Assembly: GCA_900753975.1 (NCBI GenBank)
Contig: CAAEBC010000055.1
Location: 26,294-58,293 of the forward strand
DNA length: 32,000 nt
Direction of reading: 5' to 3'
DNA from: Clostridia bacterium
GTDB lineage: Bacteria > Bacillota > Clostridia > TANB77 > UBA1234
Below are positions 16,443 to 25,504 of the stretch, piece after piece. The notes under the pieces are model-generated. The model had not been told where the DNA came from, did not search any database, and saw only the letters and a program-made list of their open reading frames with translations. The number at the start of each line of letters is the position of its first letter. Position 1 is the stretch's first letter. A program made the position numbers and the translations under genes.

Positions 16443-18872
16443 TTATAAAATGTCCTCTGAAATTATCTTAGCGATACCAACAACTTTTCCACCATCGTTA
16501 GTTCTCATCAAAGTAACACCTTGAGTTGATCTACCTAGTACACTAATATTCATAACTTCTAATCTAATAATTACTCCCTTATCTGTAATTAGCATCACAT
16601 CGTCATTATCGTCAACAACTTGGATGCCTACAACCTTACCTGTTTTTGGAGTTGTCTTATAAGTAATTACACCTTTACCTGCTCTAATTTGTACTCTGTA
16701 CTCCTCAAGCTCAGTTCTCTTACCAAAACCATTTTCAGTTATAGCTAACAAGTATGCCTTTTCATTATAAATAGGTTCCATACCTACTACAAAATCGCCT
16801 TCAGAAACTCTAATACCAATTACACCTTGAGATACTCTTCCTACAGGTTTTACATCACTTTCAGCAAAAGTAATTGACATACCTTCATGAGTTACCATTA
16901 CGACATTTCTCTCGCCATCAGTTAATCTTACATCAATTAATTCATCGCCATCTTTCAAAGAGATTGCTTGTAGTCCAGTCTTTCTAGCACTATTGTACTC
17001 TAACAATTTTGTCTTCTTGATAATACCACCACGTGTAGCCATAAGTAAATATTGACCCTCTACAAACTCTTTTATAGGAATAACAGCAGTAACCTTTTCA
17101 TCTCCATCTAATTGTAGTAAGTTTACAATAGCTGTGCCTTTAGCGGTTCTGCCAGCTTCTGGCACTTCATATCCTTTTAATCTATATACTTTACCTTTAT
17201 TAGTAAAGAACATCAAAGTATCATGAGTAGAAGTAACAAATAATTGTTTTACGAAGTCTTCCTCTCTAGTTTGAATTCCTGTTATACCTTTTCCACCTCT
17301 TCTTTGAGCTTTATATGTATCAACAGGCATTCTCTTAATATATCCAAAACGTGTCATTGCAACAACAACACTTTCTTCTTTTATCAAGTCTTCGTTTGTC
17401 ATTTCTCCTTCTGCAGCTATTATTTGAGTTCTTCTTTCATCTCCATATTTAGCTTTCATTTCAAGCAATTCATCTCTTATAATATCACAAACCAATTTTT
17501 CACTAGCTAAAATTGCTCTATATCTTTCAATTTGTTCCATAAGTTGCTTATACTCTTCTTCAATTTTTTCTCTTTGTAATCCAGATAAAGTTCTAAGTTT
17601 CATTTCCAAAATGGCATTTGCTTGGATTTCAGTTAACTTAAATCTCTTCATAAGTCTTTCAGCAGCATCATCATAAGCAGCTCTAATGATAGCTATAACT
17701 TCATCAATATAATCAAGTGCAATTCTTAATCCTTCTAAAATATGAGCTCTTGCTAAAGCTTTGTCCAAATCAAATTTTGTTCTTCTAACAATAACTTCTT
17801 TTCTGTGCTCAATATAGCATTCAAGCATTTGCCTTAAAGTCAAGATCTTTGGCTCGCCTTTTACAAGTGCAAGCATGATAGCTCCAAAAGTATCTTGTAA
17901 TTGAGTATTTTTCAAAAGCTGATTTAAAACAATCTTAGGATTTGCATCCTTCTTAAGTTCAATAACAATTCTCATACCCTCTCTGTCCGATTCATCTCTC
18001 AAATCAGATATTCCGTCTAAACGTTTGTCACGAACCAAATCAGCAATATTTTCAATAAGTCTTGCTTTATTTACTTGATAAGGAAGTTCAGTAACAACAA
18101 TTCTATATCTACCATTACCATGCTCTTCAATTTCTGTCTTAGCTCTTACAATAATCTTGCCTCTACCCGTTGTATAACAGCTTCGTATACCTTCTTTACC
18201 AACAATAATTCCTCCAGTAGGAAAATCAGGTCCCTTAATTTCAGTCATCAAATCCTCATCAGTAACATTATCTTCTTCAACTAATCTAATAATCGCATTA
18301 ATAACTTCTGTTAAATTATGTGATGGTATGTTAGTAGCCATACCTACAGCAATACCAGAAGAACCATTAACTAATAAATTTGGGATCTTAGCAGGTAAAA
18401 CAGTTGGCTCTTGCAACTTTTCATCATAGTTAGGCATAAAATCAACTGTATTCTTTTCAATATCATCAAGCATTTCCACAGCAATCTTTGGCATTTTAGC
18501 TTCTGTGTACCTCATAGCAGCTGCACTATCGCCGTCGACACTACCAAAGTTACCATTACCATTTACCATCATGTATCTTAAAGAAAAGTTTTGCGCCATT
18601 CTTACCAAAGCATCATAAATAGACGCATCACCATGAGGATGGTATTTACCCATAACCTCTCCGACAATATAAGCAGATTTTCTGAAAGGCTTCTCTGGTG
18701 TAAGACCAAGACCATTCATAGAATACAAAATTCTTCTGTGAACTGGTTTTAAACCATCTCTAACATCAGGAAGTGCTCTTGAAACAATTACGCTCATAGC
18801 ATAATCTATATAAGACTTTTTCATTTCTTTTTCGATGTCTACTCGAATAATTTTTTTTGCATTTTCTTCCAT
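16443..18872 (-). CDS. gyrA: DNA gyrase subunit A
   Basis: 809 aa. The N-terminus carries DGLKPVHRRILY and the active-site region AAMRYTE. The GyrA-box QRRGGKG in the C-terminal domain distinguishes it from ParC. An AGGAG Shine-Dalgarno is present. Confidence 0.96.
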   Translation of the reverse strand: MEENAKKIIRVDIEKEMKKSYIDYAMSVIVSRALPDVRDGLKPVHRRILYSMNGLGLTPEKPFRKSAYIVGEVMGKYHPHGDASIYDALVRMAQNFSLRYMMVNGNGNFGSVDGDSAAAMRYTEAKMPKIAVEMLDDIEKNTVDFMPNYDEKLQEPTVLPAKIPNLLVNGSSGIAVGMATNIPSHNLTEVINAIIRLVEEDNVTDEDLMTEIKGPDFPTGGIIVGKEGIRSCYTTGRGKIIVRAKTEIEEHGNGRYRIVVTELPYQVNKARLIENIADLVRDKRLDGISDLRDESDREGMRIVIELKKDANPKIVLNQLLKNTQLQDTFGAIMLALVKGEPKILTLRQMLECYIEHRKEVIVRRTKFDLDKALARAHILEGLRIALDYIDEVIAIIRAAYDDAAERLMKRFKLTEIQANAILEMKLRTLSGLQREKIEEEYKQLMEQIERYRAILASEKLVCDIIRDELLEMKAKYGDERRTQIIAAEGEMTNEDLIKEESVVVAMTRFGYIKRMPVDTYKAQRRGGKGITGIQTREEDFVKQLFVTSTHDTLMFFTNKGKVYRLKGYEVPEAGRTAKGTAIVNLLQLDGDEKVTAVIPIKEFVEGQYLLMATRGGIIKKTKLLEYNSARKTGLQAISLKDGDELIDVRLTDGERNVVMVTHEGMSITFAESDVKPVGRVSQGVIGIRVSEGDFVVGMEPIYNEKAYLLAITENGFGKRTELEEYRVQIRAGKGVITYKTTPKTGKVVGIQVVDDNDDVMLITDKGVIIRLEVMNISVLGRSTQGVTLMRTNDGGKVVGIAKIISEDIL

Positions 18873-19126
18873 TTTTATATCTCCTATTCCTCTACTTACA
18901 AAACACCTTTTTTATGTTATTTAATGTCACAAAATTTATCTAAATAAAATAAAAAATAATTAAAATTATGACATTATAAATTTATATATATAAATCTTGA
19001 AATAATATAAAAAAAGCCATTTCGTACACTAAAATTATACTAAACTGCCTCACAAAAAGCAAGGAAAAATACCACAAAAACAACAAAAACCTATATTTCT
19101 AGTGTTTCTCTTTTGAAATCAGCCAG

Positions 19127-19155
19127 TTGACTTTTTATGTAAAGCATAGTATAAT
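19127..19155 (+). promoter_or_regulatory. consensus-like promoter of the 65-aa ORF
   Basis: TTGACT (19127-19132), 17-nt spacer, TATAAT (19150-19155). Confidence 0.6.
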
Positions 19156-19188
19156 AATTATGTAATCTTTTGAAAGGAAGTTATAATT

Positions 19189-19386
19189 ATGGAACCAAAA
19201 ATTGTTGAAAATAATAAAGAAAAGTCACTTGTAAAAAAAGGGGAAACCTCTTTGAAAAATACAGACAAAAACACATATATTATAAAGCCAATACTACAAA
19301 CAACAGTAGGGGTGATCTTCTATATAGCCTCATTTGTAGTGTCAGTAGCAATTGGCTATACATTCATATTCTCAGTTTTTAACTAA
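19189..19386 (+). CDS. small membrane protein (charged N-terminus, C-terminal TM helix)
   Basis: 65 aa with its own strong promoter and an AAAGGAAG Shine-Dalgarno 8 nt upstream. Its stop overlaps the stop of the convergent 229-aa gene by 4 nt. Confidence 0.5.
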   Translation: MEPKIVENNKEKSLVKKGETSLKNTDKNTYIIKPILQTTVGVIFYIASFVVSVAIGYTFIFSVFN

Positions 19387-20072
19387 GCAAGCTTTGCACA
19401 AAGTTCGCGCTCTATAGAACTAAGTTCTGTAGAGCCTTTGTTTTTCATAAGCTCATATCTATTGATAATCTCCTTACCCCTATCAATAGTACTAGAAATA
19501 AGCGATATTTTGTCCAAATCTTTTGAAATAGCATTAACATACTTTTTCATATCCTTTTCGTTATTGTTAGAAAAAGCCTTTTCAAACTCATCGCATTTCT
19601 TATTAATTCGTGAAAGCGTATTCTTATTTTTAGTCATAACCTTTTGCAATTCATCATCAAAAGTATCACCAAGTATTAAATCAATTCCCTCACGTACAAT
19701 ACTTTTAACTCCTGTCGGAATTCCTTTTATACTATCAACCCCAATATTAAGTGCACTTTTTAATCCAGACTTTAAATTACTATCTCTTATGGCTTTACCC
19801 AAATTTCTAAAATTATCAAAAGTTCTAGCTTTCATCCCTATCGTATTTTTAAGTACAGCTTTAAGTGCTGTGTTAATAGTGTCAGATATTAAACTCTTCG
19901 TCTTTTCATTACTAAAACCGTCCTTAATTTTAGTAATCATATTATCTTTCAAGTCCATCTTCATTAAACCAGTATTAATCGCATTATCTAAACTTTCATT
20001 TACAGTAGTACTAGCATTTCTAAGTTCTGTACTAACCTCCAATTTATTATCCCTATTTAAACTTAACTCCAT
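19383..20072 (-). CDS. hypothetical soluble helical protein, last gene of the VirB4-Tad-like operon
   Basis: 229 aa, with no TM segment and no recognisable motif. The 212-aa plus-strand ORF (19438-20076) is its low-complexity shadow. Confidence 0.6.
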   Translation of the reverse strand: MELSLNRDNKLEVSTELRNASTTVNESLDNAINTGLMKMDLKDNMITKIKDGFSNEKTKSLISDTINTALKAVLKNTIGMKARTFDNFRNLGKAIRDSNLKSGLKSALNIGVDSIKGIPTGVKSIVREGIDLILGDTFDDELQKVMTKNKNTLSRINKKCDEFEKAFSNNNEKDMKKYVNAISKDLDKISLISSTIDRGKEIINRYELMKNKGSTELSSIERELCAKLA

Positions 20073-20118
20073 ATAATTTTCGCGTAACCAAAATTACGCA
20101 CTCCTTTCTTTATAAATT

Positions 20119-21057
20119 CTAATAATCAAGTTTTTTAACTCTTATTGAAATCCACACAAGTAACCACATTGAAATAAAATTCCAATACAAAATCAAATTT
20201 CCAATCACAGATTTAGTCATTATCTTATAGTTTTCAACATTTGATTTTATAAATGACACATACACTATAATGTCTAATAAAATCAATATAAACAAAACAA
20301 TTCGTGCACTCTTCGTTTCTTCAATTCTCTTCTTTTTTTCCTCTTGTATTTCACTAATCATGATATAACTTTTATCAATCAACTCTGAAAAGTTACCACC
20401 ATACAAAAAGCAATGTTCAACATTAGTAAGAAAAGATTTCATTTGTTTTACACTTACCTTTTCTTTAAAATCTTGAATTGCATTTTCTAATCTTGTACCA
20501 CTCGAAACTTGAACAAGAAACTTTTTCACATATTCTTGAAGAGGCTCTATAGTCTTAACTTCACTCATAGCAGAAATAATATCATTATTTATACGAGTAT
20601 GATTTTTTAACTGCAAAAGAAAGTTTAAAAAAACTTTTTCTATTTTTTCTTCTTTATACTCTGCAATCATGCTAAGTATTAAAAAAGGTAAATAGAAAAA
20701 CGGAATAGATATAATAAGTGACAACATTATAATCTTAAAAAATCCAAAAGATACTGTATATGCAAAACATACACATAATACTCCAGCAAATATTACAGAG
20801 ATAGGGTTTATAAGCATATTCCTTTGCATTCCACATCGATCAATTAATATATTTACTTTTTTAAAATAATTAATTTTATTTTTAAACTTCACCTTTTTAT
20901 TTTTGTCATAATATTTTAGCAAATCACTATAATACTTTTCATTTTTCTTTTTAAAAAATTCTTTTGCATTGTCTTTTAACTTACTAATTGAAATCTTTTG
21001 AACAATACTATACATGCAAACACCTATAAGCAAAAACAACAAACAATTTAATATCAT
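20119..21057 (-). CDS. TadB/TadC-like platform protein (type II secretion system F family)
   Basis: 312 aa. An N-terminal TM helix is followed by two TMs, a helical cytoplasmic domain and C-terminal TMs. The start overlaps the stop of the CpaF-like gene (ATGA). The family call rests on topology and position. Confidence 0.6.
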   Translation of the reverse strand: MILNCLLFLLIGVCMYSIVQKISISKLKDNAKEFFKKKNEKYYSDLLKYYDKNKKVKFKNKINYFKKVNILIDRCGMQRNMLINPISVIFAGVLCVCFAYTVSFGFFKIIMLSLIISIPFFYLPFLILSMIAEYKEEKIEKVFLNFLLQLKNHTRINNDIISAMSEVKTIEPLQEYVKKFLVQVSSGTRLENAIQDFKEKVSVKQMKSFLTNVEHCFLYGGNFSELIDKSYIMISEIQEEKKKRIEETKSARIVLFILILLDIIVYVSFIKSNVENYKIMTKSVIGNLILYWNFISMWLLVWISIRVKKLDY

Positions 21058-22340
21058 AATAAAACCCTTTCTATCTCTGTAGTAGATAACTCTACCTTTT
21101 CTTTTACTTTATTTATTGCATCATTTACTTTTTCAAAATGTCCTATTGATTTTCCATTTTCATATCTATCTACTTTAAATTCAAACAAAATGTTATATCT
21201 CACATCTTGAATTTCTTCATCATATATAACTTCGGCTATTTCATGTATCTTAAAATTTTTCATAAATATGACAACATCCACAGACATAGCTAAAAGCTTT
21301 CTCAAATATTTATCTGTATAACTTTGTGCACTAATATCACGTTTCATAAGAGTAACCAACCTATCAAGAGTATTTTTACTACTATCTGAGTGAACAGTAG
21401 CATAACCTCTGTGTCCCGTAGAAACTGCATCGAAAAACACCATTGCTTCTTCACCTTTTAATTCACCTATAACAACAACATCATTAGACATTACAAGCGA
21501 ATGTGCGGTAAGCTTGGCAAGTGTAATGTTTTTGTCTTTATTTCTGTTATTTAAAATCTCTCTTTGAATAACATTCGGATGACTTAAGTTAAGTTCAGCT
21601 GTTTCTTCATTAGAAGTTATAGATAAGTCTTCTGGAATTCTATTTATTAAATTACGCATTAAAGTCGTTTTACCACTTCCACCTTTACCGCTAATAATAA
21701 TATTGCATCCGGAAATAATTGATTTAACAAGAAATTTATAAATATCTAAGTCAAACATTTCAATATCAGTCATAAAAAGTTCTTCAAGCGTTTGATTAAG
21801 ATTTGGTCTATGTATACGAATTACTAAATTAGGCGAAGAAACATTCACAGGCTCGATTCCAGCTTCTATACGCAAATTATTTTTTCTATCACTAACAACA
21901 ACTATCGGTTCTTCATTTGTAATCTTTCCATGATTTTTCAAAATACAATAACGCACAAAATTTGTATAATCCTCTTTCGAATTAAAGGACTCTTTTATTC
22001 TCTCCCAATTTCCTTTTCTCTTTACAAATACTCTATCAAAGCTAGTTACTCTAATATCAGAAACATCAGCATCATCAATATATTTTTGCAAAATATAATA
22101 GCCAAAAATTCTATCCAAAATATTTTTAATAGTAGATTCTGTATTCATATTTGCATACTCTTTATACACCTTCTCGCGTATAATATTTTCAACAATATTT
22201 CTATTAATATCAATGTCACTTAAATAATCAGAATAGTTATTAATTAGGAAACTAATTATCTCACCAATAACCTTATCTTTATTCACTTCTAAATTAGGCT
22301 CTACATTATTTGCCTCACTTTTTAAAGGATTAATTAACAC
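21054..22340 (-). CDS. CpaF/TadA/VirB11-superfamily secretion ATPase (T2SSE family)
   Basis: Walker A GKGGSGKTT, Asp box NEETAEL, Walker B VVVIGELKGEEA, His box GHRGYATVHSDS. Confidence 0.85.
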   Translation of the reverse strand: MLINPLKSEANNVEPNLEVNKDKVIGEIISFLINNYSDYLSDIDINRNIVENIIREKVYKEYANMNTESTIKNILDRIFGYYILQKYIDDADVSDIRVTSFDRVFVKRKGNWERIKESFNSKEDYTNFVRYCILKNHGKITNEEPIVVVSDRKNNLRIEAGIEPVNVSSPNLVIRIHRPNLNQTLEELFMTDIEMFDLDIYKFLVKSIISGCNIIISGKGGSGKTTLMRNLINRIPEDLSITSNEETAELNLSHPNVIQREILNNRNKDKNITLAKLTAHSLVMSNDVVVIGELKGEEAMVFFDAVSTGHRGYATVHSDSSKNTLDRLVTLMKRDISAQSYTDKYLRKLLAMSVDVVIFMKNFKIHEIAEVIYDEEIQDVRYNILFEFKVDRYENGKSIGHFEKVNDAINKVKEKVELSTTEIERVLL

Positions 22341-23664
22341 TTGTAATCACTTCTCTTTCTAACTTATTATCAGTCGCAAAAAAATTCTTTTTAATATCAA
22401 GCAATTTTTCAATAATATTTTTCTTAGGCACGTAATTTATATTCATCAAAATATTCCCATAAGAATTAGCATTTGACTCTTCATTAAACTTTATTTCACC
22501 AACAATTTTCATTCCATCCATAGCCTCTACTATAACTTCATCTTCAATGCTTGTTTTAGATTTTTTATTAACAATAATCTCAATCTTTTGTTTCCAAACT
22601 CCCCAAGTTTTAGTAATAATGTTGATAAACTGATTCATCTTTTTTAGTGAAAGAAAATTACTTTCTGTAATGAACAAAATCCTTGTTGCCATGCTTAAAG
22701 CCCATTTTGTAGAATCTAAAAACATATTGCTACTCGTATCAATAATAATAAAATCATATTTTTCCTTTGCACATCTTAATAGCTCGTTATAGCAATCGCT
22801 ATTAAGCACATTTTGACAGTAATGTAATGATGTATTACCAGTTAAAACATCAAATCCTCCAACATTTACAACAAGTTCATCAAAGACATTTGAATTAAAT
22901 CTATTCTTCATAATTAATTCCGAAACGTAATTTATTCCAGATTTTTTATCTGCATCTAAACAAATTTCAATGTTTTTTGGCACTTTATCAATTTGCAAAA
23001 TTTCATCAATGTTACCATTTAAAGTATCCAAATCTATAAGTAAAATTTTAGAAGCACTTTTTTCAGATAAGACCTTGCAAAAATTTACAGCAAAAGTTGA
23101 TTTGCCAGCACCAGGTATTCCGCTTATTGCAATAACTTCTTGCTTTTGTACCATTTTTTCTAAAACTACTGGAACATCTTTTTCAGCTTTTTCTTTTTTT
23201 TCAAAATCACTAACCTTTTTGGGGTTGCTTTTTTGAAGTTCTATAACATTATCAGTAACATTATATTTTTCTATATCTTCGCTTATCATTTCATATTTCT
23301 TTATAATAGGATCTTCTCTATCAATCGCATCAACAATATCTTGCACTTCAACACTACTATCTAAAAAAATATCCAAGACATTACTCTTTTCCAAAACTTT
23401 TCTTAAAGCATTATCAATCTCATCAATAACAATAATAATTCTAGCAGAAGAATTTTCTTTTCTTATTTTCGAAACAAACTCCTCTAAATCCCATTGACCT
23501 TGCAAAAGTCCACTAATTATAATAGTATCTACCTCACATTTACTAAGACACGTTACAAGCATATCTTGACAAAACAAATCATTAGAAACCAAATCATACT
23601 TAGAATACTTTTTTAATTCATTATTTAAAATATCATTACCCATAGCAGTAACTATTTTTTTCAT
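22330..23664 (-). CDS. TadZ/CpaE-like protein (receiver-like N-domain plus ParA/MinD-type ATPase)
   Basis: The N-terminal ~120 aa have a flavodoxin/receiver-like pattern. The central part carries the P-loop VIAISGIPGAGKST and LLIDLD. It overlaps the CpaF-like gene by 11 nt. An AAGGGGGAG Shine-Dalgarno is present. Confidence 0.7.
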   Translation of the reverse strand: MKKIVTAMGNDILNNELKKYSKYDLVSNDLFCQDMLVTCLSKCEVDTIIISGLLQGQWDLEEFVSKIRKENSSARIIIVIDEIDNALRKVLEKSNVLDIFLDSSVEVQDIVDAIDREDPIIKKYEMISEDIEKYNVTDNVIELQKSNPKKVSDFEKKEKAEKDVPVVLEKMVQKQEVIAISGIPGAGKSTFAVNFCKVLSEKSASKILLIDLDTLNGNIDEILQIDKVPKNIEICLDADKKSGINYVSELIMKNRFNSNVFDELVVNVGGFDVLTGNTSLHYCQNVLNSDCYNELLRCAKEKYDFIIIDTSSNMFLDSTKWALSMATRILFITESNFLSLKKMNQFINIITKTWGVWKQKIEIIVNKKSKTSIEDEVIVEAMDGMKIVGEIKFNEESNANSYGNILMNINYVPKKNIIEKLLDIKKNFFATDNKLEREVITSVN

Positions 23665-23686
23665 AAAAACTCCCCCTTAAAACTCA

Positions 23687-25504
23687 TTACAAATCTTCTC
23701 TATCAGTACTAATAAATTTATGTTCATATTCCGATGCTTTAACCTTGACAAGAATATGATTTTTGCCAGCATACATAAGACACGATCCACGTTCGGCATT
23801 TAATAATTTATAGCTTTCCATTTCAGATAAATTCAAAACTTCCTTAAGCTTTAAAATATCAGTCTCCTCAACTTGAAAAACACATTTGATAGCCGAATTA
23901 TTTAAAATACCTTTTCCATACACTCCATCTTCAAGTGCAAAAAAATCATTCACATCTTGTGTGATAGCAGTCGCTGCTCCACCATATTTTCTTATAGTTT
24001 TAAAAATCTTAAAAACAAACATAGCAGTCATACTATTATGATTAATAAGCTTCCAAACTTCATCTAAATAAATAATCTTTTTTCTTCCTCTATTTAAGCA
24101 AATGTTATCCCAATAAAAATCAGTAATAACAAAAAGAAGCATCGGCAGATTTTTCTCGTCAACATTATAAATATCCGAAACTATAAGTTTATTATTCAAA
24201 TTCACATTAGTATAATTATTCATAAACTTAAGCGAACCAGAAATATATGGCTTTAATAAAACAGCAAACTTTTTCATCTTTTTATCTTTTGAAATCAAAT
24301 TATATAAATCACCTAAAATCGGCATCGTTTCTGGTCCTTTAAACTTTTTATTATTTAAAAACTTGGAATCTTCACTTTTTACATATAAAGATTCATTATC
24401 AAAAGTAATTCCCTTTTCTGCATAACATTTAATAATCTTTTCTTCCAATAAATTTTTCTCTTCATCAACTAAATCCGGAAAAATAATACTGAAAAAAGTC
24501 ATTAACTTTTGAAGTTTATTTTGTAAAAAATTCTCATCACCATCAAGAGAAATTTCTCTAATATCAAAAATATTTATAACATCGCCTTTTCCAAAATTTA
24601 TAAATGCACCATCTAAAGCCTTGCAAAGCTCTACGTACTCACGATCAGGATCGATAACAAACTGAGTAATATTTAAAAGCCTATTTCTTGCAATCATAAG
24701 TTTTATAAAATAAGACTTTCCAGAACCACTAGCTCCAAACACACACATATTAGCATTTTTATACTTAGCAGTATCAAATCTATCAACCATAACAATTGAA
24801 TTATTAAAAGCATTTACCCCCATCAAAACGCCTTTTTCATCACAAAAGTCATTTGATATAAATGGGTATGTACTAACTAATCCACTCGTCAAAACATTTC
24901 TTTTACTTACGTTCTTCACATCTTTAGGATTATATAAAATAGGCAAACATGCCTTAAATAAACTCTCTTCTCTAAAAAATCCTCTTCGTGTACTTAAACC
25001 ACACCCTAATGCAATAGATTCAATCCTTTGCAAATTTTCTTCCAACAATTTCAAATCTTTTGCAAAAGTCAAAATATAAATATTTAAATAATACAAATCA
25101 TCATTATCAACCTGCATTTTTTTCTTTATATATTTAGCATTTTCATAACTCTCATTCATCACATCAATATCTATCTGATTTCTTGAAGACGTTTTAATAT
25201 TTGCACCTGTGGCACTAATATAACTAGTAAGCTCTTTTAATGTTTCATAAGAATTCTTTTTTTCATAAAACATAGAAATCTCAAAATCAATATCAGAAGA
25301 AATAAGCCCATCTAAAAAGCCACCGTCCATCTCAGAACTATAGTTATTTACAAAAATAGAAGCTACCAAATACTCGTTAACTGTCAAATATTTAGGATTA
25401 CGTGTATCAATAAAAGTTGGACATAAATTATTTAAAGATTTTTTAGTGTTAATAAAAGCCATAGCAAATTTCCTTTCTAAACATTTTCTCTTCGAAAAAA
25501 GCAC
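23687..25504 (-). CDS. VirB4-family T4SS ATPase, C-terminal two-thirds
   Basis: Walker A GASGSGKSYF, Walker B KIIYLDEVWKL, and ATAITQDVNDF are present. The ORF-track start is GTG 25504. An alternative ATG at 25462 (MAFINTK) follows GAAAGGAAA. Confidence 0.8.
   Translation of the reverse strand: MLFSKRKCLERKFAMAFINTKKSLNNLCPTFIDTRNPKYLTVNEYLVASIFVNNYSSEMDGGFLDGLISSDIDFEISMFYEKKNSYETLKELTSYISATGANIKTSSRNQIDIDVMNESYENAKYIKKKMQVDNDDLYYLNIYILTFAKDLKLLEENLQRIESIALGCGLSTRRGFFREESLFKACLPILYNPKDVKNVSKRNVLTSGLVSTYPFISNDFCDEKGVLMGVNAFNNSIVMVDRFDTAKYKNANMCVFGASGSGKSYFIKLMIARNRLLNITQFVIDPDREYVELCKALDGAFINFGKGDVINIFDIREISLDGDENFLQNKLQKLMTFFSIIFPDLVDEEKNLLEEKIIKCYAEKGITFDNESLYVKSEDSKFLNNKKFKGPETMPILGDLYNLISKDKKMKKFAVLLKPYISGSLKFMNNYTNVNLNNKLIVSDIYNVDEKNLPMLLFVITDFYWDNICLNRGRKKIIYLDEVWKLINHNSMTAMFVFKIFKTIRKYGGAATAITQDVNDFFALEDGVYGKGILNNSAIKCVFQVEETDILKLKEVLNLSEMESYKLLNAERGSCLMYAGKNHILVKVKASEYEHKFISTDREDL

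Noticed and set aside
19438-20076. 212-aa plus-strand ORF, and similar antisense ORFs at 1231-1494, 2393-2590, 2698-2895, 3617-3844, 4520-4828, 7357-7605, 8437-8706, 10607-10789, 12311-12718, 13529-13714, 14095-14316, 14488-14691, 14619-14801, 15593-15871, 15932-16117, 17244-17510, 18075-18284, 21930-22223 and 22970-23236.
   Set aside because: All overlap longer ORFs with recognisable motifs or operon context, almost all on the opposite strand. Their translations are low-complexity (Ser/Leu/Ile/Phe-rich) and they lack ribosome-binding sites. They are treated as shadow ORFs of an AT-rich genome.
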